DNA of 64,000 bases, taken from the NCBI RefSeq assembly GCF_006345805.1, contig NC_042999.1:29140001-29204000 (forward strand), in the 5' to 3' direction. The notes beneath the pieces are model-generated. The model had not been told where the DNA came from and made no database searches. It saw nothing but the letters and a program-made list of their open reading frames with translations. Source of the stretch: Octopus sinensis (lineage: Eukaryota). Of this stretch, positions 13,939 through 27,246 are shown one piece after another (position 1 is the stretch's first letter; every line of letters starts with the position of its first letter). Made by a program: the position numbers and the translations under genes.

Positions 13939-14027
13939 GGGAAACACAACACCAACGTAAAATATATGAGTGTCAATAAGCAAACTGCTGCCAAACACTG
14001 TAACACTATTCTCATCAGCAAAAATAC
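13939..14027 (-). CDS. Candidate internal exon encoding a hydrophobic (TM-like) segment
   Basis: Acceptor ttcttcaacattcag| and donor |gtaagt; 89 nt; phase-0 frame reads VFLLMRIVLQCLAAVCLLTLIYFTLVLCF. No homologue recognised. Confidence 0.25.
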
Positions 14028-14265
14028 CTGAATGTTGAAGAACTAAAGAAAATCCATTTATCATTATTAAGACAAATTCGAGATATAACTTGCACTTGGT
14101 TATCAATAACAATAAGTTTATAAACGCCACTTATATTAATGAAAGCCAATACTAATGAAATTTTATAAAGAAATACATTTTCATGCCTTTCTTCACAGTC
14201 TAATTTTCTGTAAACACATACTTTTCATTCGTTATATTAGTCTTTATTATTTCACTCCAATTGAA

Positions 14266-14305
<40 letters not shown>

Positions 14306-14462
14306 TTGTGTGTGTCTGTGTCTGTGTGTAAATAAAGAAAAGAATAATATACATTAGATTATTCGACCATGCATTCCAGATACCCACACATTTAGGTTTA
14401 TGCACATACATATATTTGGCTAGAATAAAAATGTATATATATACATATATATATATATATAA

Positions 14463-14505
<43 letters not shown>

Positions 14506-15173
14506 TACATATATATATATGTATATATGTGTTTGTGCAAAATTGAAAACCAATAGAAGAGTGGAGATTTATTCACTTCAAATGCTATTTTATTAAAATA
14601 TTTACTACAGCGTATATATAACAATGACCAACATTTGTTTCTACTAATACATCTACACATCGATTTTTATGCAACCTTGCTCCCTAGTATCTCCACTTTC
14701 ACGAAGGGTCGATCGGGTACTACGCTTTCAAAATGAATTAATTGAAACATGTTTCTTACGTTGGTATTCCATTGGAAGGGAGAGCGGTATTTTTAAATGG
14801 AATTCTAATTTTATAATTTCATCTACTGGTATTACAATCGAATCTTTGTTTTAAAATGTTCATTCATATAACAATTCCTGGAGTTTTTTTTTACATTTTA
14901 CTATGTGAAGCATATTATTTACTCAGAAGTATTTCACGTTGTGGGCTTATACATTCAATTAATATTATTGGTATTATTATAATACTTATATTTATTGGTC
15001 TTAATCTCATATATATAATTAATTGTTGAAATCAATATTTCAACAGGTGTGTGCGTGTGTGTGCGAGCGTGCGCGTGCTTGCGTGAGTGTGTGTATGTGT
15101 GTGTGCGTGAATGAGTCGGGAGAAAGCCAGGCGATATGCCTCTAAGCATTTTGCCCGGTTTTATGCCTCTAAG

Positions 15174-15310
15174 CAAAATGCTTAGAGGCATATCGCCTGT
15201 CTTTATCTCCAGTTATCAAATTCCACCGCGTTCGACATTACCTTTCATAATTTCCGGTTACATAAAATGAGTCCCATGTGAGCACTTAGCTCAGTGTAAT
15301 CCACTAAACA
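15174..15310 (+). mobile_element. Degenerate SINE family C with a 25-bp foldback at its 5' end
   Basis: CAAAATGCTTAGAGGCATATCGCCTG...CAAATTCCACCGCGTTCGACATTACCTTTCAT aligns loosely to the family C head; inverted copy at 15129-15153. Confidence 0.5.
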
Positions 15311-15583
15311 CCTTTCCTGTTTTATTATTATTGTTGCTGTTGTCATTATTATTATTATTATTTTTTTTTATTCTTTCGTTGGAGAGTGTTTATAGGATGA
15401 ATCAATACATAGTTTCTGATCCTCCTTATGAGCAGAATGACTTTCATACAAACCCGTGCAAACTGTACCTCAGTTCACGATATCTTAGCTGAGCCACATC
15501 CTTACAATATGGCTGTAGGTCGTAACACAAGGACAGCACCGGGATGCAGTGCTAGCGTATATATATATATATATATTATATAT

Positions 15584-15627
<44 letters not shown>

Positions 15628-15693
15628 CACACATACATACCTCTCTCTCGTTTTCTCAGTATACGTATATGTGTGTGCGATGTGTGCGTGTGC

Positions 15694-15736
<43 letters not shown>

Positions 15737-16789
15737 CATTTGTGTGTGTGTGTGTGTATATATATATATACATATGTGTGTGTAAGAATGTATATATGTT
15801 TTTTATGTATTTGTGAATGTATCCTTGTTTTTATCGCCATTATCTTTTGACGACAATCCTTGTAATCTAGCGGTTCGGTAAACTTGATCTCGACTGCAAA
15901 CTCCCAGCATAGCCGCCATCAAAACATTGAAACAGTTAAAACATAAAAGGTAAATGAGAAAATGATTTTCCTCAAAGGAGCTGGATACGAATGAACCAGT
16001 ATTCACAAAAGCGTAACGAATTTTAAAGATTGAACTGCTTTTGATCCTACAAATACTTGAGTAGAGCTATGACCGACTGGAAGTTTGCTGACAACTAAAA
16101 CGTTAAGACCCAAAACAACAACGAGAGCAATGTTGATGATGATGATGATGATGGTAATGTATATCATAAATATCTTCATTATTATCATCGTCGACGTCGT
16201 CGTCATCACCATCATCATCATCATCATCATCGTGTCCTTCTCCAAATAATTGTATCATTGATATCATGCATACGACACAATGGTTCTCATGAAATCTGGC
16301 CTCAGCTGATTGAGTGTTATTTTACGTGAGTTGTCTTGGTGAAAAAGGCAAATGTTCTATGGCTGCAGCAGATTTGCCTAACAATTTCTCCACATTAAGT
16401 AGTTGAGCATGTTCCTTACTGGCTGGCGATATGCGCGTTTCTGTTCATAAGAGTGGTTCTTTGGATATTTTTCAAACAGACCTTATTAAAGAGCCTTTTC
16501 AGTTGAGTTGGCCACTCAACATCAAAACAATTCTAACTGGTCCCATCTGTAACGTATGCGTCAACTTTTCTTTTGGTCTATGTATCTCCTGTCCCTCTCA
16601 TTTTCTCTCTCTTTTTCCTTTCTTTTTCTTTCTTTCCTTCTCAGTCTCTCTCTTTCTCTCTCACTCTCTTTATTATTTCCTCTCAGTACTCTCCTCTCTC
16701 AATTTGCCACTCACTTCTTCCTTTGAAGTGTGACACCCACGACAGGTACGTACAAAAAGAACAAGTTGGCATATAATAATAATAAAAAT

Positions 16790-16804
16790 GATATTAATAT
16801 TATT

Positions 16805-16866
<62 letters not shown>

Positions 16867-16875
16867 TGATGATAG
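16790..16875. repeat. (AAT)n microsatellite
   Basis: Direct reading; source of the poly-N/poly-I ORFs. Confidence 0.95.
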
Positions 16876-16879
16876 TAAT

Positions 16880-17775
16880 AATCCCAACATCCACGTGCAA
16901 ACACTGACAGCCCATACATGAAGTGAGCAAATGGAGGAAGGGGACTAATAGCATTGAAGAGCGTTTGTGTATCGATCTCGAGAGCTCAATGAGATAGTGA
17001 GAAAGGAGTGAGTATTCATAGCAGAAAATAAATGGAAAACAAAGGAAAAATACAAAAGGACGTGAAGAAGAATTACTCAACAAAGATTACACAATCAATT
17101 CCATGTAGCCACAACAGAATTCGCTAGAACAAATAGGTGAGATTGGCTGATGAAAGGAAGCCTAAAACCAGAGACCGAATGCACAATGCTCGCAGTGCCA
17201 AACTAGCATTTGGCTATGAACTGGAGGGTCAAACTAAGTAATAGAGTGGGTTAAACGATTGCTCTTATCATGAAAGACTGCCTTAAACTGGCCCAAAACT
17301 ACTACAAGTTGTGGCGACACGAACAGGTGGTGAAGCGCTACATTGGAAATTGGGCAAAAGTTGGTGGGAGCTAGAGGGTTGGAAAACATGCTATGAGCAC
17401 AAACCGTAAGGAATGACGGAGTCAGAGACAGGAAAGACCTCTGAGATTTCCCAATCCAAGCAGAGGCAGGGCTAGCGCATAACATACCGGTCGTATTGGT
17501 GTTGGAGAAAGTGCACCACGTATGCTATATAGGTGATGTGGAAGACAAAGAAACAAATGACTATAGATGACTAAAATTACTTTAAAGCTGGAAACGGAGG
17601 CTCTAATAAGTTCTGCCCAAGAGTAAGCTTTAAGAACTAATTACATAAAGTAAAGAATAAATAACACCTCCAAAAGTGATAAGTGCAGAATTAATTTGTG
17701 GAGAAAATGGTGAAACCATAGGGCATATGAGGACTCAATATACCTCACTAGCCCAGAAAGAATTTTAGAGATATT
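16880..17775 (+). mobile_element. Decayed RLE-type non-LTR retrotransposon (R4/Dong-like), two overlapping fragments
   Basis: Frameshifted translations: HPRANTDS..Y (RT thumb); WLMKGSLKPETE; WRHEQVV..LHW; YEHKP; DFPIQ...HN (RLE endonuclease); then LKLETEALISSAQE*ALRTNYIK...DKCR.CGENGETIGH (CCHC zinc-knuckle region). Confidence 0.8.
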
Positions 17776-19426
17776 GTTGTATTTCGGAATGGTCATTTTG
17801 ATAGGTTATCCAATAAAAATACACGCACTATATATTTGCTGTTACTTTGCAAAAAAATATGTCGGTCTCCACCTCCTGCATAATACATCATAAGAAATCC
17901 TTTGTCATGTACATAATATCTAAAATACTAAACATATATATGTATGATCTTTGCATTATTTTTTTAAGTTTTAAAACTTAGTTACATTCAGTAATGGTGT
18001 ATTCCAACATAGTTTGCTGTATAATTACTCTCGTATTCGAATTTCATAATGAGAATTTCCTTAACTCCAATGGAGCGTATACACATAATCACATATACGT
18101 TTATAGATATAAATTTCTGTTTGCTTGAGTATGTTTGTGTTTTCCGCATGTTTGTCTATGCACATTAATCTATGCGTGCTTTAAATGAACTGCCTTATTT
18201 GTATAGTGAGTCTTCCTAGAAAATATTAAAATATCAGAACCTGTACAAGCTGTTGAATTCATATCGATAGAAATAAATGTTATAGAAATGACTTTGGTGT
18301 TATATGACATTTTAATAAGTCTATTAAAAAACACCATTATTTTTTTTTATAATGTTCATTTGTGTTGTAAGAGAATGGAAGAATTCATGTAATATATAAG
18401 ATTTAGATTTCATCTGGGTGATGCATTTCATCTCAACACAATCGTTCAATTATTTCACATAAATCCCTATGTGATATTTAAATAGTGAAAGATACGTATA
18501 TGTCAAGAGAAGCTATATTGAAATATATTCCCACAGACATTTATTTTTATGCGCATTTATATCAGTTAGTCTAAATGAATGTTTAAATTCAGAAAGGATA
18601 GTTGTCAAGTTGTGAAAAAAATGTATATATCACGGTTCTGAGAAAGAGGGAAAATATAGAAAAAAGATTGAATACAGTTGAGATGAAAATCGTTATTGAA
18701 TACGGAAGCCGTAGAAATGATATAATCAAAAAAGTAAATTGTCGAGATTTGAATACAAAACAATAAATGTTCGCTATATTCACTCAAACACACACTCTTA
18801 GGCATGTATATACATAGAAACACAATCTTATCTGCCACACACATCAGCAATAAAGTATAGATGTAGATAACATTTGTGATGCATACTGAAATGAAATATC
18901 TCTGTCTCCTAGCGATATATTTTGAGTTCACAGCAACCTGTGGGAGTTATAAATTCACAAGGTGTTTTGTTACTTTCAAAGAGGCTGCTGTTGTTTTATA
19001 CAGTAAAAGATTGAGATCCAACCGCGACATTAAAAGCTGCATTTCACGAACGAGTTCAAGTGCAAAATTTCATGCTACGGTATTCAAACTCGATACTCTA
19101 AATCTAATAAACTGATAAAATGACAGGCGAGGGCAAGCAAATATAGTAATCCTGTAAATAAATATCTAATAAACATACTGTAAATATTTCTTTGCATAAA
19201 AGTGTTGCTGAGAATGTCAATGTGAGAAATGTTTCAGATTTACACGGAAAATATATTGGAGAACATATAATTAAACGTTCCGACAATTAGTAATATTTTT
19301 CATGATTTATTTAAGTGCACGGATGTGCAGCTACAGTGTTTTCAACAGTCACATTATCTCATTTACTCATTTATTACTTTATTACACCTTTTTTCAATTG
19401 TAATTGTAAAATATATATTTACCATA

Positions 19427-19828
19427 GTGGTAAGTAGCTTGCTTACCAACCACATGGTTCCGGGTTCAGTCCCACTGCGTGGCACCTTGGGCAAGTGTCT
19501 GCTACTATAGCCTCGGGCCGACCAAAGACTTGTGAGTGGATTTGGTAGACGGAAACTGAAATAAGCCCGTCGTATGTATGCATATATATATATATATGCG
19601 TGTGTGTGTTTGTGTGTCTGTGTTTGTCCCCCTAGCATTGCTTGACAACCGATGCTGGTGTGTTTATGTCCCCGTTACTTAGCGGTTCGGCAAAAGAGAC
19701 CGATAGAATAAGTACTGGGCTTACGAAAGAATAAGTCCCGGGGTCGAGTTGCTCGATTAAAGGCGGTGCTCCAGCATGGCCGCAGTCAAATGACTGAAAC
19801 TAATAAAAGAGAAAAGTAAAAAAGAGTA
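19427..19828 (+). mobile_element. SINE family A, slightly 5'-truncated
   Basis: High identity to 55483-55930. Confidence 0.9.
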
Positions 19829-19836
19829 TTCCAAAG

Positions 19837-19906
<70 letters not shown>

Positions 19907-20484
19907 GTGTGTGTGTGTGTGTGTGTGTGTGTATCAGGAAACAGGGTTTAGTTTAACAACATAAATCTTGAAATCACCTGAGGCGATACATCTACACAAA
20001 ACAATACTCCTTAACCAGACACAGCAATGTACCCACGAGATATCGATTCCAGGTGATTCTAAACGATTGCATGATCAATCAAGATTCTCGTATCTTTATT
20101 TTGTATCCTTCCATCTGCCGGCTGCTTCATTATATATATATTCATGCATGACTGAGGTCTGAGCAATAATCAAAACTCAATCAAGGATTTAACATTTTTC
20201 AAATACACATTGCTATAACAACCAGCCATAAAACCTAAATGCGACCCCATTCTGAACACACAAATCCAAAGATATTCTAATTGAAGTAAGCCTAACCAAA
20301 GTAAGCCTGACTTAATTGTTTTGAATTTCAGCGACAGCCTAGCAGACCACAACTTCGAAATCACTGACAACAACGTTCTTGTTTAAGAATAATAAAATTG
20401 TACTCTACAAAATAATAGAGGAACCCATCCGATTAACGTAATTAACTGAAGATAAAAATCAAACAGCAACATATATGTATATAT

Positions 20485-20576
<92 letters not shown>

Positions 20577-20941
20577 TGTATGTATGCATGTATGTATGAC
20601 GGTGTAGGAAGTGAGATTGAAACAGTCTGTAGAACGTATAAAAAAGCTTTCAGGAACAATAGTGATTTATTGACTTGGAAAGATATAAATTTTTCCCATA
20701 TCGAAGTTCGATTAGCTGAATATATTGTTTTATAACTCATGATTAACTGGTGAGGTTGCTGTGGATGGAAATAAAATTCCCAAATTAAGGAATACAGCAG
20801 TTAAATTCCGGATTACGCATGTTTCTTCGCTAGCAGAACCTCGGAATATAGTATGCTAGCTAAGAATCATGTAACTTTGATTTTATATACTATATCCCCT
20901 AATTTTGGTTATATGTATATATACATATATACATACACCAT

Positions 20942-20996
<55 letters not shown>

Positions 20997-21018
20997 AACA
21001 TATGTATATATATATATA

Positions 21019-21174
21019 TACTCTTTTACTATTTACTCTTTTACTTGTTTCAGTCATTTGACTGCGACCATGCTGGAGCACCGCCTTTAATCGAGCAACT
21101 CGACCCCGGGACTTATTCTTTTGTAAGCCCAGTACTTATTCTATCGGTCGCTTTTTGCCGAACCGCTAAGTAAC
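21019..21174 (-). mobile_element. SINE family A, 3' fragment only
   Basis: Tail ~155 bp matching the 3' end of the other family A copies. Confidence 0.85.
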
Positions 21175-21223
21175 GCTAAGTGTATATATATATATATATA
21201 TATTCATGATGTTTATATATATA

Positions 21224-21270
<47 letters not shown>

Positions 21271-21288
21271 CATACATATGTATATATA

Positions 21289-21370
<82 letters not shown>

Positions 21371-23272
21371 CATATATATATATATATCTATATATATATA
21401 TATATATACTTACACACGCATTTACGTATTTATATACAGTGAGAGACAGACAGGGAGAGAGACAGACGAACAGTCAGAAACTGAGGGACTGTAGCTGGTA
21501 AACTTCCGGGTATTTATGTTTCCTGATTAGCATATTCTCTGATGTAATAATTACTCAATGCGCGGTTCTAGTGATCAACTTATCAACCTGAAGATAACTT
21601 TAACATGAAGAAAACATTTCCGTTAAAGAATCTCAAGTCACCTCCTTGAAGATCTAATATGAAGTGAATGAATGAGTTACAAGTACAGAGTAGAAAAATC
21701 AAAATAGAAGAAACAGATAAAGTAAGAATTGTTTGCAGAAATAAAAGGTTAGTAATTAAGAAAAGTGTCCAAAAACGTCAAATATTTGGAAGTGGGGAAT
21801 TTATCTAAAACTGTTAAGAATAAAGAAAATTGGAAGTTAGGAAAGAGGTGGATATAGTGTATATGGATGGTAACTTTATGTGAAGGGTCTTTATGAATAG
21901 TAAAGTGAGACCATTTTACTGTGTTTATAGTAAATCGGTACTTAGGCACATTCATGCGTAAACATTTAAACATTTTTATGAGATATCAAATGGTTAACAA
22001 TAAGTAAAAAGAAAAAGGATGCGGCCAAAAATTTAGGAGAGAGAGTTCGGTGGAGGTCTTAGGAAAGAAGAAGAAGGGTAAGGACAAGAGAAAGATTTGT
22101 GCTGAAGAAACATACATATATGTTTACCTGGCCGCGCACGCTTTAGCTTTCCGTATGCTCATAATATGAGCATAGATTTGCTCATAATATGAGCATGAAC
22201 GAACACACATGTGCGTACGTTCATGCATATTTCTATGTTCGGAAACGAAGATATTAAGAGATCAGAAAGCTAAGGAAATATAGAGACTCTGAAAAATTTA
22301 TGTTAAAAATATATTGAAGAAATGCAATAATGAAGGTATATAGGGATCTCAAAGTTAAGGTAATACATAAAGACAGCTTAACAAAGGTATATTTTCTGTT
22401 TGGCTACACCTTTGGAAATTTCAAAGTTCAGTGAAACTTCGAAAATTTGCTGTAATCCTGTAATTCGTATTGATTTATGGCGAAAATTAATTTCATGTAA
22501 ATATATGCCTTACAAAACTACAGGAATACGCCAAATATGAAATCAATTGGAGCATAAATTGAAGAAATTCAAAAGTGGTATCCAAACAGAAAAGTTACAT
22601 TTTTCACTGTGGTCGGTCGTCACTGTAGCTGCTATTTCTATGGTGGTAATAGTCATTGCGGTCATTTTCATATCTATTATTTTTTTTTTTTTTGCTTATA
22701 TAGTAGTTGTGGCTGTTGTTGTCTTAGTTCATTTTATTGCTGCTATTCATTGCGGGCTGTGACTATTTGGAAGATTGTAGCAAGTTTATCAATTACAGTG
22801 CTATACGAAGTAGTTATTTGCTTCTGTTTCATTACAATTTGTCGCTCTCTCGGTGGTTAATAAAAAGGTGCACAGCTCATTGGGCAATAGCATTTATGTA
22901 TGAATGATGGATATTTACATGTGGAGAAAGTATAGGCCATGTTTTAACAAGAATGTCGATGTCCCTGTCAGAGCAGTTGCGATTATTTTGGACGTGTTGT
23001 GTTAGCTTTGTAACATTACTTTACTTATCTACTGTTGTTGCTGTTGAGAACTTCTTCTGAAGCTTTATCACCCTTGGTTGATTTTGCTTGTTTCCTGCAA
23101 CAAACAATATGGGATAAACAGCAAATGAAATAAGCAAATTATGAACAAATTATTACCAAAATTTTGTTTTGCAGAGTATTGCATGGAATAGACAATGATA
23201 TTCTTTTACTTAACAGTGTTGAAATGTTGATATATTATTTATTTATATATGTATATATGCATATATATATAT

Positions 23273-23369
<97 letters not shown>

Positions 23370-23393
23370 TATGTAATATATATTATATTATAT

Positions 23394-23443
<50 letters not shown>

Positions 23444-24074
23444 TCATATATGTGTGTATATATGCACACATATATGTGCGTGTGTGCATGCGCCTGTGCG
23501 TGTAGTTCTGTGAAAATATCCTCGAAATCATGTATGTTTCTAGATGTACGTCACCCGCTGTTAATCCCAGAAAAACATTGCCACATACAGATTTGTATTA
23601 AACAGTATCTGAAACAAAAAAAGATGTCGTTGCTTATACCATCATCAGTGTGATCAGGAATGACTATTTGCATATACCTCCATCTCATATCTACGAAAAT
23701 TGAGGCAGGAAAATGATTAGCATTGTAACGTATGTCTCAGGAGAATAATTTCTATGTTTTAGACATAAATATGATCAACACACTCCTGTCATTGGCTTTG
23801 GAACAAATGAAAGAGCCTGTCTCTGTTAACGCTTTCGGCGTACCGGATCACATATGTTAATGTTATCAAGTTTTTCAAAACCGTATTTTACAGCGCAATA
23901 GTATATCTATCCCATTATAACTTTTGCCAAATTTGCGCGTAGTTCTCCATTGTTTTTTGCTGCTCTAAATCCATGTAAAAATTACACACACACACACACA
24001 CACACACACCACACACACACACCTACACAGAACACCACTATATATATGTATATATATATATATATTATATATAT

Positions 24075-24116
<42 letters not shown>

Positions 24117-24935
24117 AAGAAATAGAGAGAGACAATTTAAAAGTCACTCCCATTTGTAACATCCTATGTGTTTATTTGTGACCATTATAATAAACTATAC
24201 ACATTAACACTTTCGGCGTACTGGGTCACATTGAATGTTTTAAGATGCTAAAAGTAATCTGAGTGTAAGTTATTTTATGAATCTAACGTATGCATTTATG
24301 TCCGCAAATTTTCAAAATATTATTCATGTAACTATAATGTACATGCATGTAAATATTTCCTTCTGTATTATCATCGACATTATCATTATTACAATTATTA
24401 CCATAAACAACACCACCATCGCCACCAACACCATTATCGTCATCATGAACATCATCATTATCATTACTGTTATCATCATCAACATCACCATCATCGATAT
24501 CATCCATGGTTGTGCGTCGAGTTTGAACTCAGTAAATGACGCTTTGTAGAGTTAGCCTTCAGAGCCTTGTTATGTCGCACGTCGATGTTTATTCTCGGCT
24601 TATTAAATCATGTAGGACCTCGAATATCCATATCAAAATTAATGCATATAATATTAATGAAGAGGAAATTATATAATAACATGATATCTTACTGTCTTAC
24701 ATTTCTTTAAATTCGCTTTGCATAGAAATTTGAATGACATGTAAATAGGTTTGTGTGATGTGCATTGATATATTTATGTTACAAGCCGTCAGGAATCTAA
24801 AGATTCCAACAACATAAGTAAAAGTATTCGAAATTTCCTGCTATTGCTTTCAGAAATAGCTGAAAAAAATGGTTGTTTCCGTCCATGTGCTGACCACATA
24901 TTAAATCGATGAAGTAGCTTCTACATTCTCGGCAG

Positions 24936-25129
24936 GCCTACATAAAAGACTAACGCAACACACACCCTGCCCTTTTAAGACAGAAATAACGCAACGAGTA
25001 CCGCCACCAAGCATGAACTCTGTCCCTCTACCAAGAAAAACAATATTATTCAATGTTGATGATATTTGCATTGTAGACCACTTGAATAACGAGACAACTG
25101 TTAAAATTACAGCCAACATAGATACTCCA
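24936..25129 (+). CDS. Candidate coding exon (unassigned)
   Basis: Acceptor cttctacattctcggcag|, donor CA|gtaaac; 194 nt open frame LHKRLTQHTPCPFKTEITQRVPPPSMNSVPLPRKTILFNVDDICIVDHLNNETTVKITANIDTP. No homologue recognised. Confidence 0.2.
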
Positions 25130-25789
25130 GTAAACAAAACATACATATGTTGTCGTTATTAATATTCATTCCTAAGTCAGACTGAACGTGCTTACATATA
25201 ATGTATGGTGTTCCAGAACAGACAAATTTTGCATATCAGGAACTATACTAGCCAAGGCAATTCATTATTGTACATGTTGCGATTTAGTCAATGAAACTAC
25301 ACACTTTTAATCTACTTGGCAATTTGATATATACTTTTGACGTAAAAGCATAAGAGCATCATTTTAATGCAATTATTTATATTAATAATTACCTAATAAT
25401 TTAATATATTAAACCATATAGCAAATATTCCTACTGGAACAAATTTTTATCAATATTCACGAAGCTACTTAATTGCATACATAGGAAATTATTTAGTCAT
25501 CATTTTGTATAAAAGCTTTAAGTTTGCCTCATTACACTTATTAGACAATTTGTAATTACAATCAATGTATAGAGGTATATAATTATTTCAGTTAATATTT
25601 AATTATAATTATATATATATATATATGTGTGTGTGTGTGCGTGTGCGTATGTATATATCTATGTATAAATACATATATATGTATTTATACATGCGTGAAT
25701 TCGTATATATATATGCATATATGTGCATATATATATATGTATTACTCTTTTACATTCCATGTGCATGTGCTCTCGGTTGATTATTGCGA

Positions 25790-27215
25790 TTTTCAATGTT
25801 CGATTGTTCGATTTGACCACCGCTCTTGATAGAGCACGTTCTGTGAACTGTGCATCTGCTATCTCCCCTCGAACACACTCCTCCGTCTCCTGTCTCCTCT
25901 TTCGCCTCACCTACCACCTCAGCAGCCTACCTCTCCAACGCACCATTCCCGTGACTCTAGTCCGACCTCTCCCCTTCTTCAAGCGAGTCCACAACCTTCG
26001 AGAACATTTGGTCCACAGTTTCTTCCCTAACCCAACTACCCAAACCGACTCGTCCCTCTGCTCCCACCCACGCTGACGCACTTGCCCTTACCTCTCGAAC
26101 TCCACCTTCCTCACCGGCACCCATCATTGACCCTATCATATCACCGTCTCCTTCCCCTGCACTTCTATCAATGTCATCTACTGCATCTCCTGCTTTCTCT
26201 GCCCTTCTCTGTACATCGTGCAAACGGGACACCGCTTGGGTGACCGGTTCGCGGAACACCTCACATATATCCAACTCGACAGTGACATCCAGTCTGACGC
26301 CATTTCCACTTTACCTGTCAATCTTTGCAACACCTCTGTGTGTTCGGAGTGTCCTTGCACTGTGACAATCCGGACTCCTGTTTGCGCCGTGAACAGGGAT
26401 TAATCTTCTCTCTTCCCTCCTTTGCGGCGCATGTGCTCAACCCTCCTCTTCTCTTCATGTAACCTCCTCCCCTCTCTTCTTTCCCTCTCACACCTACTTC
26501 CTCTCACCCACCTCCCCTCTCTTGCACCACCCCTTGTAGACTCCAGCACAATCCAACTCCACCTTCCCTATCCATCCCATAACACCACACCCAATCCTTT
26601 ACACCCAGTCCCACATACCCCACCTCTACCTCCACCCTGATTTTGCTCACATAGCACACATCTATCCCCAATCTCAGCCTGCTCACATAACCTACCTCTA
26701 CCCCTCAATCTCACCACACCCTTTCTTTCCCTACTCTCAATTCACCCACATCCCAAACCATCACACCACACACCACTACACCATTTACTACCATACCACA
26801 CAACACCACATCGCATCACGTTACACCACCACGCACGCAGTAGCACTGACCACTTCCCAGACCCACATCCACACGCCTACACATGCGCACACGCACACGT
26901 AAAAGTCACCAGCACTCTTCCACACGCAAATAAATGCTATCTTATACACACGTACCCTCGTCTTGTGATCACCACTACTTTATTATCGCACCTTCTTCCT
27001 AGCTCTCCTGTGTGACCCCTCTGTCCAGCATTCACCATGATAGATCGTTATCTCCTACACATTGTTTATTTGCTCTACTTGTTTCTGTGTTCATTTCTGT
27101 GGAAGAGCGTAGGCTCCACTCCAGACGTTAAAGACATTTTCACTTCCCGAGCGTTAAACTATCATATATTTGTTTGTTGTCTACACCACATGTCTTCGTC
27201 TTTTTTTTTGTGAAT
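25790..27215 (+). mobile_element. Penelope-like element 3' remnant: RT thumb/linker, GIY-YIG endonuclease, CT-rich 3' region, pseudo-LTR
   Basis: TALDRARSV...RLTYH...FKRVHNLREHLV, then CTSINVIYCISCFLCPSLYIVQTGHRLGDRFAEHL (GIY-YIG) with stops; terminates at (TA)n ~27226. Confidence 0.88.
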
Positions 27216-27246
27216 TCTCCCCAACATATATATATATATATATATA

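Noticed and set aside
15860-15950. Exon-like segment ending AAG|GTAAAT
   Set aside because: Stops in all frames; resembles a decayed SINE A tail.
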